Shown here one piece after another: positions 15,345 to 29,816 of a DNA stretch of 64,000 nucleotides. Every line of letters starts with the position of its first letter. Positions within the stretch are counted from its first letter, which is position 1. Under the pieces are notes generated by a model. It worked only from the letters and a program-made list of their open reading frames with translations, was not told where the DNA came from and ran no database searches. This stretch comes from Dictyostelium discoideum (taxonomy: Eukaryota), in NCBI GenBank assembly GCA_000004695.1, contig CM000152.2, forward strand, positions 448,001 through 512,000, read 5' to 3'. The position numbers and the translations under genes are program-made.

Positions 15345-15614
15345 CTTATGCCATTATCATTTTGTTATATAATTAATGTTTTGTTAGGATTGGATTCATT
15401 AAAACAATTAAATATACCAATGTATAGTGCATTGAAAAGATTAGTAGCAGTAGTAATTTTGGTAATGGAGTATTTCATTTTAAAAAAGGTTTCTCCTCCA
15501 AAAATTATAGCATCAGTTGTTGTTATGGTAATTGGAGCAGTGGTTGCTGGGATCACTGATTTATCTTTTAATTCCTTAGGTTATAGTTTAGTTTTATTAA
15601 GTTGTATATTTCAA
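15345..15614 (+). CDS. SLC35-family transporter, exon 3 (TM helices: ...ALKRLVAVVILVMEYFILKKVSPPKIIASVVVMVIGAVVAG...).
   Basis: ORF 15348..15629 frame. Acceptor ATTAG at 15343-15344. GTATGT donor at 15615. Confidence 0.55.
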
Positions 15615-15657
15615 GTATGTATATTATAATAATAGTAATAGTAATAATATTTATTAA

Positions 15658-15691
<34 letters not shown>

Positions 15692-15696
15692 TATAG

Positions 15697-16104
15697 GCAT
15701 CATATTTAATTTATGTTAAAAAAGTTGCAAGTAATATGTCAACATATGATATGTTATATTATAATAGTGTTTTATCATTACCTATAACAATATTTTTAAT
15801 GATAGTGAACCAAGAGATTGAATATTTTCAAACTTTTGAACATTTATATGATAGTTCATTTCAAGCTTATTTCATCCTAAGTATATTTTTAGGATTTTTC
15901 TTAAATTTTTGTATCTTTTTCTGCACATCAGTAAATTCACCTTTGACCACAAGCGTAACTGGTCAAGTTAAAAATATAGCTTCAACAATCATTGGTGCTA
16001 TGGTTTTCAATGATATTATCATTCATCCAATTAATATACTCGGTTTAATAATTAATATTATTGGTAGTATTTGGTATTCATTTTTAAAATTAACTTCAAA
16101 ATAA
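15697..16104 (+). CDS. SLC35-family transporter, exon 4 (…SPLTTSVTGQVKNIASTIIGAMVFND...).
   Basis: ORF 15736..16104 frame from the acceptor TATAG at 15695-15696. The ...S.LTTSV.G..KN....I.G...F.D motif is characteristic of TPT/SLC35 (SLC35D-like) transporters. Confidence 0.6.
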   Translation, partial: ASYLIYVKKVASNMSTYDMLYYNSVLSLPITIFLMIVNQEIEYFQTFEHLYDSSFQAYFILSIFLGFFLNFCIFFCTSVNSPLTTSVTGQVKNIASTIIGAMVFNDIIIHPINILGLIINIIGSIWYSFLKLTSK

Positions 16105-16115
16105 ACAGGGTTTAT

Positions 16116-16163
<48 letters not shown>

Positions 16164-16387
16164 TAAATTAATAAATAAATAAATAATATATTATTATTTA
16201 CAAATATAAAAAAAAAAAAAATATTAATTTATACCAGGTTTAAAAAAAAAGATTTTTTTTTTATTTTTATTTTATTTTTATTTTTATTTTTATTAATTTC
16301 ACTTTTTTTTTTTTTTTTTACCACTGTTTTGTTTTTTTTAATTTAATTTAATATCCTTAAAAAAAAAAAAAAAAAAAAAAAAAAACA

Positions 16388-16840
16388 ATGAATAATAATA
16401 ATAATTTTGAAAATAAATTTTGGAAAGTTTTTAGAAATAAATATTTAAATTATAAAATTTTTTATTTTATTTATAATGGGGATGAATGGTGGAGTCAATG
16501 TAAAGAATATAGAGATATTAATTGTATAACTAGTAAAGTTAGGTTTAAACATATTCAATCATTTAAATGGATGATTGAAAAAAGGTTATTTCAATTATTA
16601 ATTTGTAAATTAAATGCAAATGAATTAATTTCATTTGATAATGATTCAATTTCAAATTTTATAAATTTACTATATCAAGAAGAAACAAATAAACAAAATA
16701 ACTTTTTACCTGAATTTACTCAAATAATAAATTTATTATTACTAAAAAAGGAATATAAACAACAATTATCTGACCAAAATTTTAAAAAAATAAAACAATT
16801 CCAAGAATTAAATAGTTTTTGTTCAACAAATTTAAAAGAA

Positions 16841-16882
<42 letters not shown>

Positions 16883-18406
16883 CATTTAAATAATAATAGT
16901 AATTATGATAATAATAATAATAATAATATTAATAATAATAACCATTTAAATAATAACAATAATGATAATAATAATAATTTAAATTTAGAAGAAATTATAA
17001 TAAATGAAAAAATGAAATTATTATTATTAAAATATAATAATTGTAAAGAATTTAATCATGAAATTTGTAAATTATTTTTATCAAGTGTTATGGATAATTT
17101 AAAATTATTAAAAGAATTTTTAAAAAATGATTATAATTTTCACCTTTTTAATACAAAAAGATTTAAATATGAATTATATAAAAATAAATTTATATTGTAT
17201 AATAGTGAAAAAGAAATTCCTTTTACAGATAATTTAATTAATAAAAATATTCAATTACCATTAATGATAAATTTATTAGAATTTTGGATTGAAAAATTAA
17301 ATGAAAAACAACCACAACATTTAAAAATATGTGAAATTTTTATAAATTATTATTTTCAAAGTATAATTGGTTCAAAAATGGTATCTTTAAATCAACTAAT
17401 TTATTATTATCATAAATTATTATTATTATTAAAAATTCATAGAATTGAAATCGACCATACTTTATATCACTCATTTCATTATCTTAGAATTAAATCAATT
17501 TTATTTATAAAATATATCTTTTCAAGACCATACATTTTTAAAATATTTTATCCAGAAAGTTTTAAAAATTGTGTTAATTTAGAATATTTTTTAACTGAAA
17601 ATAATAATAATAATAATTTTAATAATGAAAGTAGTTTATATTCCCATTTAAGGGATAAACCAAATGGATATGATATTAGAAAATTATTAAAATCAAATAA
17701 ATTCACATTTAATTTCATAATTTATACAAATAATGATGAATTATTTAAAATATTAAGAAATGATATATCGATTGAACCTTCAAATTTGATGATATCCTAT
17801 GGTGAAAAAGATTATAAAGAATTTTCATACTTTTCAGATTTAAAATATTATTTAGAAATTAATAGAATTGATTTGTTTTTATATCATTTAAAAAGGTTAC
17901 CTCAATATAATTTAAAACCTTTATATTTATTACCACCAAGATTAAAATCAAATATTACCACTACCACCACCAATTCAATATATGATTTGTTATTATATGG
18001 TGATGAATATTTAAAATATCATAAACAATGGGATAATAATAATGATAATAATAATAATAATAACAATGATAATAATAATAATAATGATGATGATGATGAT
18101 GGTGGTGATAATGGAATTAATATAATAACAATGATAGTTTTAAAAATGGAATTAGATGAAATTGATATGGTGATTGAAATTTGTGGTGGTGATGATGCTA
18201 TCAAAATAAAATTATGTAATAAAATATTTCAATTATCAATTTTTGTATCTAGAATTGATATAGTTTTCCATATGATTAAAAAATATAAAATAAAAACATC
18301 ACTTTCCCAAAAATTTTGGAATTTATTATCTTGCAAAAATAGAATAGTTCAATATTCTGATTATAATTTATTAAAGAAATTATTACTAAAAATAGAAAAT
18401 AATTAA
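16388..18406 (+). CDS. Asn-rich protein of unknown function. Its N-terminus (MNNNNNFENKFWKVFRNKYL...) is paralogous to the FNIP-repeat protein encoded at 29809..31848.
   Basis: Single 672-aa ORF with coding-like composition and poly-N/poly-D tracts. Confidence 0.55.
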
Positions 18407-18868
18407 AAATAATTAAAATTTCAAATAAAAAATAAAAAAATAAAAAAATAAAAAATAAATTAAAAATAAAAAATAATTATTAAAAACCTATTTTTAATAA
18501 TTAATTATTAAAAATTCAAAATTCAAATAAAAAATTCTAAAAAAAAAAAAATAAAAAAATAAATATTTAAAAATATACAATAATAAAAATAATCACAACG
18601 GACTAAAAAAAAAAAAATAAAAATAAAAAAAAAAATAAATAATTTCTAAAAATATAATAGTGGGTTATCAATTTTAAAATCTTAAATTTTAAGATACAAA
18701 ATTGGGTGGTGTACTCTTTTGAAATTTAATATATAATATATAAATAAATCACTTTCAAAATGGAAATAAAAAAATAAATAAATAAATAAAAAATAAATAA
18801 AAATTATTGTTGAATCACACTCACTATAAAACATTGGGGTTAAAATCAAAAACCTTTTTTTAATATTT

Positions 18869-18925
<57 letters not shown>

Positions 18926-19693
18926 TAGAAATTTAATTATTATTTAGTGGTTATAATTATGAAAAACATAGATATATTACAAAATAAGGGAAAATGAAGA
19001 AAATGTATATATAAAAAAATTCTAATTTTAAAAATTCAAAATTCGCAAAGAATTTATTTTTTTTTTTTTTATTTTTTGAATTTTTTTCATTTTAATTTTT
19101 TTTTTTTTTTTTTTGATCCTAATTTTAAAATTTTAAAATTAAAAAAAAAAAAAATATAATAATAAAAAAAAATAAAAATAAAAATAAAAACATCAACCCA
19201 TCATCTCACTCATCTAAAAATGCATTCATATATAAAGTGATTCTTTATTTGGTATTTTCTCATTTTTTGTGATTAATATTGAGATTGATAAAAAAAAAAA
19301 ATATTATTTATAGAAAATTTCTAATTATCAGCTTCAAATCCATTTTCACACACAATATTTTTTTATTTTTATTATTATTGTTATTTTTTTTTATTTTTTA
19401 TTTTTTTTTTTTTAAAAAATTAATAAATCTTTTTTTTTCATGTTTTTTTTTTTTTTTCTATAAAAAAAATAATAATCATACATCAATATTCACATATATC
19501 TAACTTTTTTTTATTTCCTTTTGAAAAAAAAATAAATAAAAAAAAAAAATAAAAAAAAAATAAAAAAATAAAAAAATAAAAATAAAAAAATAAAAAAAAA
19601 ACAGAATACATTTTTTTTTTTATTTAGATATCAATTTCAAATAATTTGTTTTTTATTTATTAATATTTTTTTTTTTTTTTTAACCACCATAAT

Positions 19694-19726
<33 letters not shown>

Positions 19727-19754
19727 TAAAAAAAAAAAAAGGTAAAAAAAAAAA

Positions 19755-19795
<41 letters not shown>

Positions 19796-19908
19796 TAAAA
19801 AAAAAAAAAAAGAAAAAAAAAAAACCAAGAAAAAAATAAAAATAATAATAACTATAAAAATAAACTAAAAATAAACTAAAAAAATAAAAAAAATAAAAAA
19901 AATAAAAA

Positions 19909-20011
19909 ATGGATATTTTATCTTTATTAAATAATGACAATGAAAACGATAGTTTTGATTTTCCATATATAAAAAATAATAATAATAATAATAAAAATAA
20001 TAATAAAAATG

Positions 20012-20042
<31 letters not shown>

Positions 20043-21343
20043 TGATTGTGATGAAATTTATAATAATATTATTAATAATAATAATAATAAAAATGGTGAA
20101 TATGAACATGAAACAAATTCAAATAAACCGGTGCTAACTCAACAATTAAAATTAAATATATCGAATGTTGATGTCTCCCAGTCTTCTTCAAATTCTTCAT
20201 CTTTGTCTTCCTCTCCAACTGTTCAAGTTGTGCCAACTCAGCTATTAGCAAATCAACTTTCACAACCATATACAATTAGTTCATCACAAGTTCCTAATAT
20301 TCAACCACAACTCCAACAACAACAGCCACAATCACAAAAACAAACTCAATCACTACCATCATCACCTATGTCATCACTAACTCCAAATATTCAGCAAGTC
20401 CAACAAAAAATACAACAATCAGTACAAACATCTCCTACAACTACACCAAGTAAATCAAATAAAAGTAAATGTCAACCAAAAAATGCACAACAAACAATTG
20501 GGCAAATACCATATATATATAATGGATCTTCTTCTTCTTCTTCTTCTTCTCAATATTCATCCTCTTCTTCAAATAATGAAGAAGAAGATATGGAAGAGAA
20601 ATTAAAAAATAGATCAATTGTTAAAGATAGAATTCAACAAAAGATGAGAAATCAATTAAATCTTTCATTTGCTGATACATCCAAAGAAACATTTGATCAA
20701 GTATTATCAATTCCCACTCCACCACCACCAACAACACCAAGATCAAAAAATACTCAACCAACCACACCACGTTCAACAAATTCATCAAGTCCTTTAACAT
20801 TACCAACTAAAACACCACCACAAACTCCAAGATCAACAAAAAATCAATCTTCACCACCACAAAGACAAAAAACACCTCCACCAATACATAATTTACAACT
20901 TTATTATCAACAACAACAAGAAAAACAACAACAAGAAAAACAACAACAACAATTAAAACAAGAACAATTAAAACAAGAGGAATTAAAACAAGAACAATTA
21001 AAACAAGAACAATTAAAATTAAAACAATTAAAACAAGAGGAATTAAAACAAGAACAATTAAAACAAGAACAAATAAAATTAGAACAATTAAAACAAGAAC
21101 AATTAAAACAAGAACAATTAAAACAAGAACAATTAAAAAAAGAACAATTAAAACAAGAACAAATAAAACAAGAACAATTAAAATTAGAACAAATAAAACA
21201 AGAACAATTAAAATTAGAACAATTAAAACAAGAGGAATTAAAACAAGAACAATTAAAACAGGAACAATTAAAACAACAACAAATAAAACAACAACAGGAG
21301 AAATCAATACAACAACAACAACTCCTTGAACAACAACTCCTTG

Positions 21344-21385
<42 letters not shown>

Positions 21386-21391
21386 TCCTTG

Positions 21392-21432
<41 letters not shown>

Positions 21433-21433
21433 T

Positions 21434-21474
<41 letters not shown>

Positions 21475-21753
21475 AAACAAAACCCAAATCGTTTTCAAAA
21501 TAATAACTATCAAGCTACAGAAGATACAACATCTCAACCATACTGGCCAACATCTTCAAATCAAAACTACCAATATTCTGAACAATATGATTCACAATAT
21601 TGCAATGATGTATGTTGTGAAGGATCACATACCAATAATAATAATAATAATCATGATAATAATTATAATGATAATAATTATAATGCCAATAATAATATTA
21701 ATAATTATAGCAATAATAATTATAATAATTATAGCAATAATAATAATAATAAT

Positions 21754-21792
<39 letters not shown>

Positions 21793-21924
21793 TATGGCAA
21801 TAATAATTATAGCAATAATAATAATAATAATAATAACTATAATAATAATAATTATAATGACTATAATAATAATAACTATAATAATAACTATAATAATAAT
21901 AATAATAATAATTATAATAATAAT

Positions 21925-21958
<34 letters not shown>

Positions 21959-22077
21959 GTAATTACAATAATAATTCAAGGTATCACCCATATTCAGAGC
22001 CACGTATATCTCAACACTCATCACCATCATATCGTCAACATCAACAACCATATATTTATCAACATTCTCGAAATTAA
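19909..22077 (+). CDS. Low-complexity protein with a Ser/Pro/Thr-rich region, a (EQLKQ)n coiled-coil repeat block, poly-Q, and a prion-like N/Y-rich C-terminus.
   Basis: Single 722-aa ORF. The central part repeats the heptad-like QLKQEQLKQEELKQ about 25 times. Confidence 0.55.
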
Positions 22078-22479
22078 TTTTTTAGATAAAATTAAAAAGA
22101 TGAAATAAAAATAAAAATTTTAAAAAAATAAATATATAGATAAATGAAATAACTAAAATTCAATTACTGGGAATGTGATAACTGGAAATTTTGACTGAAA
22201 ATCCACACAATTTATTTTCGTTAATTTGGAAAGAAAAAAAAATAAATAAATAAATAAATAAAATAAAAAATAAAGAATAAAATGTTAAATTCATTTTATT
22301 TGAATTTAAATTTAGTACAAATAATTTTTTTTTTTTAAATAATATATTTATTTATTTATATTTTTCTTTTAATTTTATTTTACAATTTTCTAAACATTTT
22401 TTTTTTTTTTTAATAATTCAAACACTAACACAATTATTATTATTATTTGAATTATTTTTATTAATTATATCATGATTTT

Positions 22480-22827
22480 TTATATTATAATTATATTATC
22501 GGTAATAAAATTTGAGAGTGATTGTATTGCACTTAAGTTCTGATGGTTTTGATTTTTGATTTTTTTTGAATTTGATGAATAAGGGTGGAAAAGATTACAT
22601 TGTTGTTGTTGTTTTTTTGAAATTAATTTATTATTATTTTTATGATTTACATTCTTTTTATAGTCTAAATAATTATAATAAAATTCTTTATTTTGGTCAA
22701 TACCAAATGTACTAAAAATACCTTGTAATTTGGCAGGTGGTTGTTTACTTTTATTACAAATAAAACTTAGAGCCATTTTTAATTTTACTTCATTCATTTC
22801 ATTAAAATTTGAATTTAATTGTTCCAT
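22480..22827 (-). CDS. Small hypothetical protein (115 aa).
   Basis: ORF only. It has moderate complexity and no recognisable motifs. Confidence 0.2.
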   Translation of the reverse strand: MEQLNSNFNEMNEVKLKMALSFICNKSKQPPAKLQGIFSTFGIDQNKEFYYNYLDYKKNVNHKNNNKLISKKQQQQCNLFHPYSSNSKKIKNQNHQNLSAIQSLSNFITDNIIII

Positions 22828-23523
22828 ATTATTGTTATTTTATTTATTTATTTATTTTTTTTTTTTCTTAAATTTAGTTTGAAGATTTTTTTTTTTTTTG
22901 ATATTTTTTTATTTTTGTTTTATTGGTACATATATTTATTTTTTTATGATTGGAATGATAAATATTGTTTCTTTTTTTTTTTATTTTTTTTTTTTTTTAG
23001 AATTATTAAAAAAAAAAAAAAAATAAAAAAAAAAAAAATACAAAAATAAAAAAAAAAAAACCATTATTAAATTAAAAAAAAAAAAAATTATAATAAAGGT
23101 AATATTTTTTGAATCGCAGAGATTTCAATCACATCAGCTAGTATTTCATTGGACAAAAAAAAAAAAAAAAAATTTGAAAATATTAATTTTTAATGGTTTG
23201 CAGGTTTGAACACAATTCTTTTTTTTTTTTTATTTTATTTTTTGTGCTAATGAAAAAAAGAATAAAAAAATAAAAAAAAAAAATCAAATCAAAAATTATT
23301 AAAAAAAATAAAAATAGATTAAAACACCTGCCCACCATAAAAACCATTTTATTTTTTTTTTTTTTGGCGCCTATTTTTTTTCTTGTAAATTTAATTTTAA
23401 ATTTTTTTTTTATTTTTTTATTCTTTTTTTTTTTTTTTTTTTTTTTTTATTTTACTCTTTTCTCTTAATTTTAACAACTACAACACCACCACAACTACCA
23501 TCATCACCATCATCACCACCATT

Positions 23524-23680
23524 GACAATATTATGAATGAATCATCAGTAAGCAGATTTGAAAATATTACTGATGATAGTGGTAATACAAATGGTGGGTT
23601 TTATTATTTGAAATGTAATTGGCAATATAATTCATTTACAATTTATTTAACTGACCTAACAAATGTATGGTCATCAAATG
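23524..23680 (+). CDS. xrcc4: XRCC4 (NHEJ DNA-repair scaffold) homolog, exon 1 (MNESSVSRFENITDDSGNTNGGFYYLKCNWQYNSFTIYLTDLTNVWSSNG).
   Basis: ATG at 23524 with a GTATGT donor at 23681. The head-domain motifs match human XRCC4 'FLQVSW...GFVITLTDGHSAWTG'. Confidence 0.55.
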
Positions 23681-23729
23681 GTATGTAATTTTCTAAAATA
23701 TAAATATATATAAAAATTAAATTAATAAT

Positions 23730-23765
<36 letters not shown>

Positions 23766-23784
23766 ATTATTAAAAAAAAAATAG

Positions 23785-25001
23785 TAACTACAAAATACAT
23801 TGAAAATATATTAAAACCTCAAGGAATGTCATTTGATCAATATTTTCAATTATTAAAAAAATCATTATTAAAACAAGATCAAACTAAAAGAGAATTTGAT
23901 TATAAAATTGATAAATATAAAAGAAAAAATAATAATAATATTAATAATAATAATGAAGATATTGAATTTATAATAATTATAATATTATCAGAATTTGATA
24001 ATATTAATGTAAAATCATCAATACCTTTAATTAAATTATCAAATCATTTCACTACATTTCAACATTATTTCGATTGGTTATTTGATAAATATCAATCATT
24101 ATCGTTACAAAATCAAACATTAACACTTCAAACCCAATCATTACAATCACAATTCAATCAATCATTAGAACAAAATAAATTATTTCAATTGGAAAAAGAT
24201 AGAATTGAATCCAATTTAATTGAAAAATTTATAATAATTTTAAATGAAAAAAAAAAGAAAATTAAAGAATATAAACAACCAATAAATAATTTATTATTAG
24301 AACAAAAATCTATATCATCATCATTATCAAATTGTAAATGTAACAATAATAATAATAATAATAATAATAAATCAATAGTGAATAATAATAAAAATAAATC
24401 ACCTTCAAAACAACAAGTTTATACAACTCCAAAGAAAAAGAAAAGGAATTATCAATCAAATTTAATTAATATTGATAATGATGACGATGATGATCTTGGA
24501 AATAATGATAATGTCAATAACATTAATGATGAAAATGATAATGATAATGATAATGATAATGAAGAAGATTATAAACCAACTTTTAATAATTCAACACCTC
24601 CATTATTAGATTTACTTAGTAATGATTATGATTCTTATTATAATGTACCTACAAATGTAAGAAAGAAGTTTAAACCCACCCCAACCCTGACCACAACAAC
24701 AACGACGACGACAACAACAACTACTGCATCCATAATCAAAACACCAACAAAGAAAAGAAATAGTATATCACCACAAAAATCACCTCATCACCATCGTAAT
24801 ATTAATATTAAAAAAAATAATAATAATAATAATCCTTCCTCTCCTATGAAAAAATATAATGCGAATGGTACCTTAATACCAAATAATAATATTAATTCTT
24901 TAATTCCAATCACCCCAATGAAATCGAAATCAAAGTTATTTAATTTTAATGATGATGATAACCATGACATTGGAGCTTCTGAATTATTAAATGATCTTTA
25001 A
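23785..25001 (+). CDS. xrcc4: XRCC4 homolog, exon 2 (coiled-coil stalk ...NLIEKFIIILNEKKKKIKEYKQ... plus N/D-rich and Ser/Thr-rich tail).
   Basis: ORF 23826..25001 frame extended to the acceptor AAATAG at 23783-23784 (phase 1). 'EKFIIILNEKKKKIK' parallels the XRCC4 signature 'KRFILVLNEKKTKIR'. Confidence 0.6.
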
Positions 25002-25373
25002 CCTCAAATAAAAACCAAATAATCTAAAGATTTATTTTTAAAGAAAAAAAATAAAAAAAATTGGAAACACAACAAATAAAATAAAAGTAGATTCAATTCT
25101 TTCTTTTTTTTTTTTTTTTAAAAACTATATAGCATAATACTATATTTTTATCTTTTTTTTTTTTTTTTTTTTTTATTTTTTTTTTTATATCTTTTTTTTT
25201 TTTTTAATTTTTATAACCAATCCTTATCCTTTTTTTTTTTTTGTTTCAATAAAAAAAAAAAAAAGAGTTAAATGTTGTTTTTTTTTTTTTGGGGGGGATA
25301 ATTTTGCTCTGTTACTATTATACTACAGCATTAAATACTGTTTAATATTTCTATATATAAATAATGTCTTTGT

Positions 25374-25390
25374 TTAAAGAGTATCAATAT
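25374..25390 (-). CDS. eif1a: Predicted terminal micro-exon of eIF1A (…D-IDTL-stop).
   Basis: Acceptor TTATTTTAG about 147 nt downstream of the GTAAGT donor. It restores an acidic D-I-D tail like the human DIDDI end. This is an inference only. Confidence 0.3.
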
Positions 25391-25537
25391 CTAAAATAAA
25401 TAATAAAAAAAAATAAAAAAAGAGAAAAATGAAATTTTAAAGGTTAGTGAAAGTGTTTAATTTTGTTTTTTTTTTTTTTTTTAAAAAAATTTATTTATAT
25501 AAATGGGCTATTTTTTAAAAAAAAAAAAAAAACTTAC

Positions 25538-25946
25538 CGATATCATCTTCAGCAACGAATTCGAATGGAATATCTTCAACATCATCAAATGCATCAGTTT
25601 CATTAATTCTAGCGGTTTCTGGTAATTCACCATAAGTTTTAAGATTACGAGCTTCATCGACATTGTAACGAAGGATAACATCAGCTTTATCATTTTGGTA
25701 GTCTCTAAGTTGAATTAAAATGATATCACCATTGTTGATCCATTCCTTCTTTCTTAATCTACCACTAATGTGACATAAACGTTTTTCACCATCAAAACAA
25801 GAGGCTTCTAAACGACCATTACCTAACATTCTTAATACTTGAGCATATTCTTGGCCTTCTTCTTTGAATTGAAGTTCTCTCTTTTGTTCATTCTCGTTCT
25901 TACCTCTTCTACGATTTTTACCACCTTTTCCCTTATTCTTAGGCAT
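25538..25946 (-). CDS. eif1a: Eukaryotic translation initiation factor 1A (eIF1A/eIF-4C), main exon.
   Basis: [20 protein letters not shown]...[63 protein letters not shown]...INETD is essentially invariant eIF1A sequence. A GGTAAG donor sits at 25537. Confidence 0.9.
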
Positions 25947-26309
25947 TTTATATGTTTAAATTCTAAAATTTATTTTATAAATAATAAAAAAAAAAAATTA
26001 AATTAATATTGTTTTTTTTTTTTATTATTATGTTTTTAAAACTATAACAAAAATGGTTTATGAATTCCAAAAGAAAGATATTATTATTATTATGATATAA
26101 AACACACGCACTCTATTTCGTTTTAAAAAAAATTATTTAAGTTTTATTTTTTATTTTTTTTTATAACAAATAATTAATTCGGTTGTTTGTTAAATTTATA
26201 AATGTGTTTAAGTGTTTGTTAAAAAAAAAAAAGTAAAAAAATAAACAAAAAATTTTAAAAAATGAAATTAAAAAAAAAAAAAAAAAAAAAACAATTAAAA
26301 AAAAAGAGA

Positions 26310-26341
<32 letters not shown>

Positions 26342-26575
26342 AACAATTATAATTTTAAAATTATAATAACACAAACCACACACACAACAATTTTGTTGAA
26401 TAGTTTTTTTTTTTTTAATTTTTTATATTTTGGTGTTAAAATCTATTTTTTTGTTTTTTTAATATTGAACATTGTTTTTTCTGTTTTTTCTGTTTTTTCT
26501 TTCTTTAATTTAATAAAAAAAAACCTATAAAAAAATCGTACATATAAATTCCAAAACTTACGATAAATATGGTGG

Positions 26576-26617
<42 letters not shown>

Positions 26618-27193
26618 ATTGTTCACAAAAGAGAAAAAAAATTGAAAAAAAATTGAAAAAAATAAAAATAAAATAAAAATAAAATAAAATAAAAAAAAAA
26701 AATTGAAACTTTTTTTTGGTGATTTGAAATGAAATATTTTTAGTTTTTCATCCTTGTCCAACAAATAATGTGAATTTGAAAAAAAAAATAATAGAAAAAA
26801 AAAGAAGAGTAGGAAAAAAAAAATAAAATAAAATTAAAAATAAAAATGAAAATAAAAAATAAAAAATAAATAAAACAAAGTAGGTGGTGTCCAGATGGTT
26901 TATCATTTTTTTTAGGTGGCTTGCTTCAAACAATCCTTTTTTAGACAGAAAGGGGAAAAGGTGAAAAAAAAAAAAAAAAAAAAAATTTAGTATTACAATT
27001 CTAAATTACTAAATGAAATAGAATCCGCTTTTGAAGTATTATTAAATAAGGAAAAAAAAAAAAAAAAAAAAATATACATATATATACATTATAATTAACA
27101 TTTCTTATAATAAAAAAAAAAAAAAAATAAAAAAATAAACAAAATAAAATAAAAAAAAAAAAAGTGTTTGTATGAAAACAAAATGATCGGAAA

Positions 27194-27232
<39 letters not shown>

Positions 27233-27243
27233 CACTTTTTTTA

Positions 27244-27284
<41 letters not shown>

Positions 27285-27296
27285 CACAACAACCCA

Positions 27297-27454
<158 letters not shown>

Positions 27455-27573
27455 CATATATACTTATATACATATATTTTTTTTTTTTAAAAAATTTATT
27501 TGTTTTAATAATTTTTTTTTTTTTATTTTTTTTATTATTTCAAAAAAAAAAAAAAAAACAGGAAAAACAAACA

Positions 27574-27883
27574 ATGAAAAAAGTTTATCAAGATGAAGAG
27601 TTTTCTTTCTTTGAAATTGGTGGTAAAAAAATAGCAGATTTATATGTAAGAGATATTATAACTGAAATAAGAAAGAGAGGTAAAGAAATAACAGGTTTGG
27701 GGCTTAAAAGTAAATATGAACTACTATGTATTTTGGTAAACAGAATGAAAGAAGAGAATCCTAGTTTAAATATTCCACCAAAGAAAAGAGTATTAGATTT
27801 TGGATCATTATCATCTACTACTAGTAATGGCATTCTTCAAGATTCAAATAAATTCTTTAAAAAAGATAATACACATCAACATC

Positions 27884-27956
<73 letters not shown>

Positions 27957-28225
27957 CAGTAATAATAGTGATGATGATGATGATACTCATAATTATAATG
28001 ATGATAGTGATGAATCTGATGATGAATATATCATTACAGAGGAAGAAGAGATTGAACTACATAAAAATCTTAATTTAGGTGATGATGAGAATTTATTAAC
28101 ATTAGAAATTAAATTATTGGAATCACAATTAGAGAATAAAAAATTTAGAAAATCTTTACTTTTAAAAGATAAAAAAATAAAACATTTGGAAAATATAATT
28201 CAACAACAACAACAACAACTACTAG

Positions 28226-28290
<65 letters not shown>

Positions 28291-28559
28291 CGACAAGAAG
28301 AAGAACAACAAAAAGAACAACAACAAAAAGAAGAACAAGAACAAGAACAATCTTCTCTTAAAAATAATTTAAAATTTAAAGATGGAGCTAATTTATTTTC
28401 TATTGAATCAATATCAAACTTGTATAACAAAATATTAAATGAATTTAATTTCAAAAAGATTATTACGGAATTTGGTGATTCTTCATTAAAAATTCATGAA
28501 GAATTTGTAAAATTTATAATTTTAAAATCAATTAATTTAAACCATAATAATAATAAAAA

Positions 28560-28651
<92 letters not shown>

Positions 28652-28996
28652 GTAGTAATAACTTACCAAACGGTGATGTAAATAAAAACAATAATAATAA
28701 CGGCGAAATAATAGAATTGGTACCACCTCCAAAGATAGATGAATTTTGGAAATTAATGGTATTGGATACAGTTGGATACCAACAATTTTCAAATATTTTG
28801 GGTGCAAAGGTGAATTATGATACAGATATTAATCCAACAAGAAAAGGATACCAAAGGTTAAAAGATATGAAAAATCTGTATTTTCCTCCTCCCCCTTCAA
28901 CCACAGAACTAACTACTGATGAAATCTGGCCAAATCATTATTTATTACCAATACAACCATCACCACAAAAACAACATATACAAAAGCAACAACTAC

Positions 28997-29046
<50 letters not shown>

Positions 29047-29252
29047 CAACAACATCAACAACATCAACCACAACATAAACAACAACATCAACTACAACAG
29101 ATACAAGAGCAACAACCACAACAACAACAACATCAACAGCAACAACATCAACAACCACTACAACAACAGATACAGCAACAACAACAACAACAGCAACAAC
29201 ATCAACCACAACAACAACATCAACCACAACAACAACAACAACAACAACAACC

Positions 29253-29325
<73 letters not shown>

Positions 29326-29682
29326 AAAAAACAACAACAACAACATCAACAACAAAAGAATAAAGAAAATAATAAAGAAAATAATAAAGAAAATAATAAA
29401 CAAAATAATAAAGAAAATAATAAATTAAATGATAATAATTTAAATATTGAAGTACATGAAGATGAAGGTAATAGAATAATTAATTTTTTGATTTCACCAG
29501 ATACTCCATTAAGGAATCTATTTGTAGCATATGCAAAAGAAATTGGTGAAAATTTTAATTCTTTTAAATTTTATTTTGGTAATGAATTATTATGTCAAAA
29601 TGAAACACCTTCTCAATTATTAATGAGAAATGGTACAAAAATACAAGCATTTTATTTAAACAAAAAAGAAATTAAAAAGTAA
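27574..29682 (+). CDS. Poly-Q/poly-N protein with a C-terminal ubiquitin-like (SUMO-like/Rad60-SLD-type) domain.
   Basis: 702-aa ORF. The C-terminus IEVHEDEGNRIINFLISPDTPLRNLFVAYAKEIGENFNSFKFYFGNELLCQNETPSQLLMRNGTKIQAF fits the SUMO beta-grasp pattern (I.V...F.I..T.L..L...Y...G....F.F.G..L...TP..L.M..G..I). Confidence 0.5.
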
Positions 29683-29772
29683 AAATAATAATAAACATAT
29701 GTATATAGTTTTTTTTTGTTTTTTTTTTTCAAACACATTAAAAGTTTTACACTTATATATTTTTTATTATTA

Positions 29773-29808
<36 letters not shown>

Positions 29809-29816
<8 letters not shown>

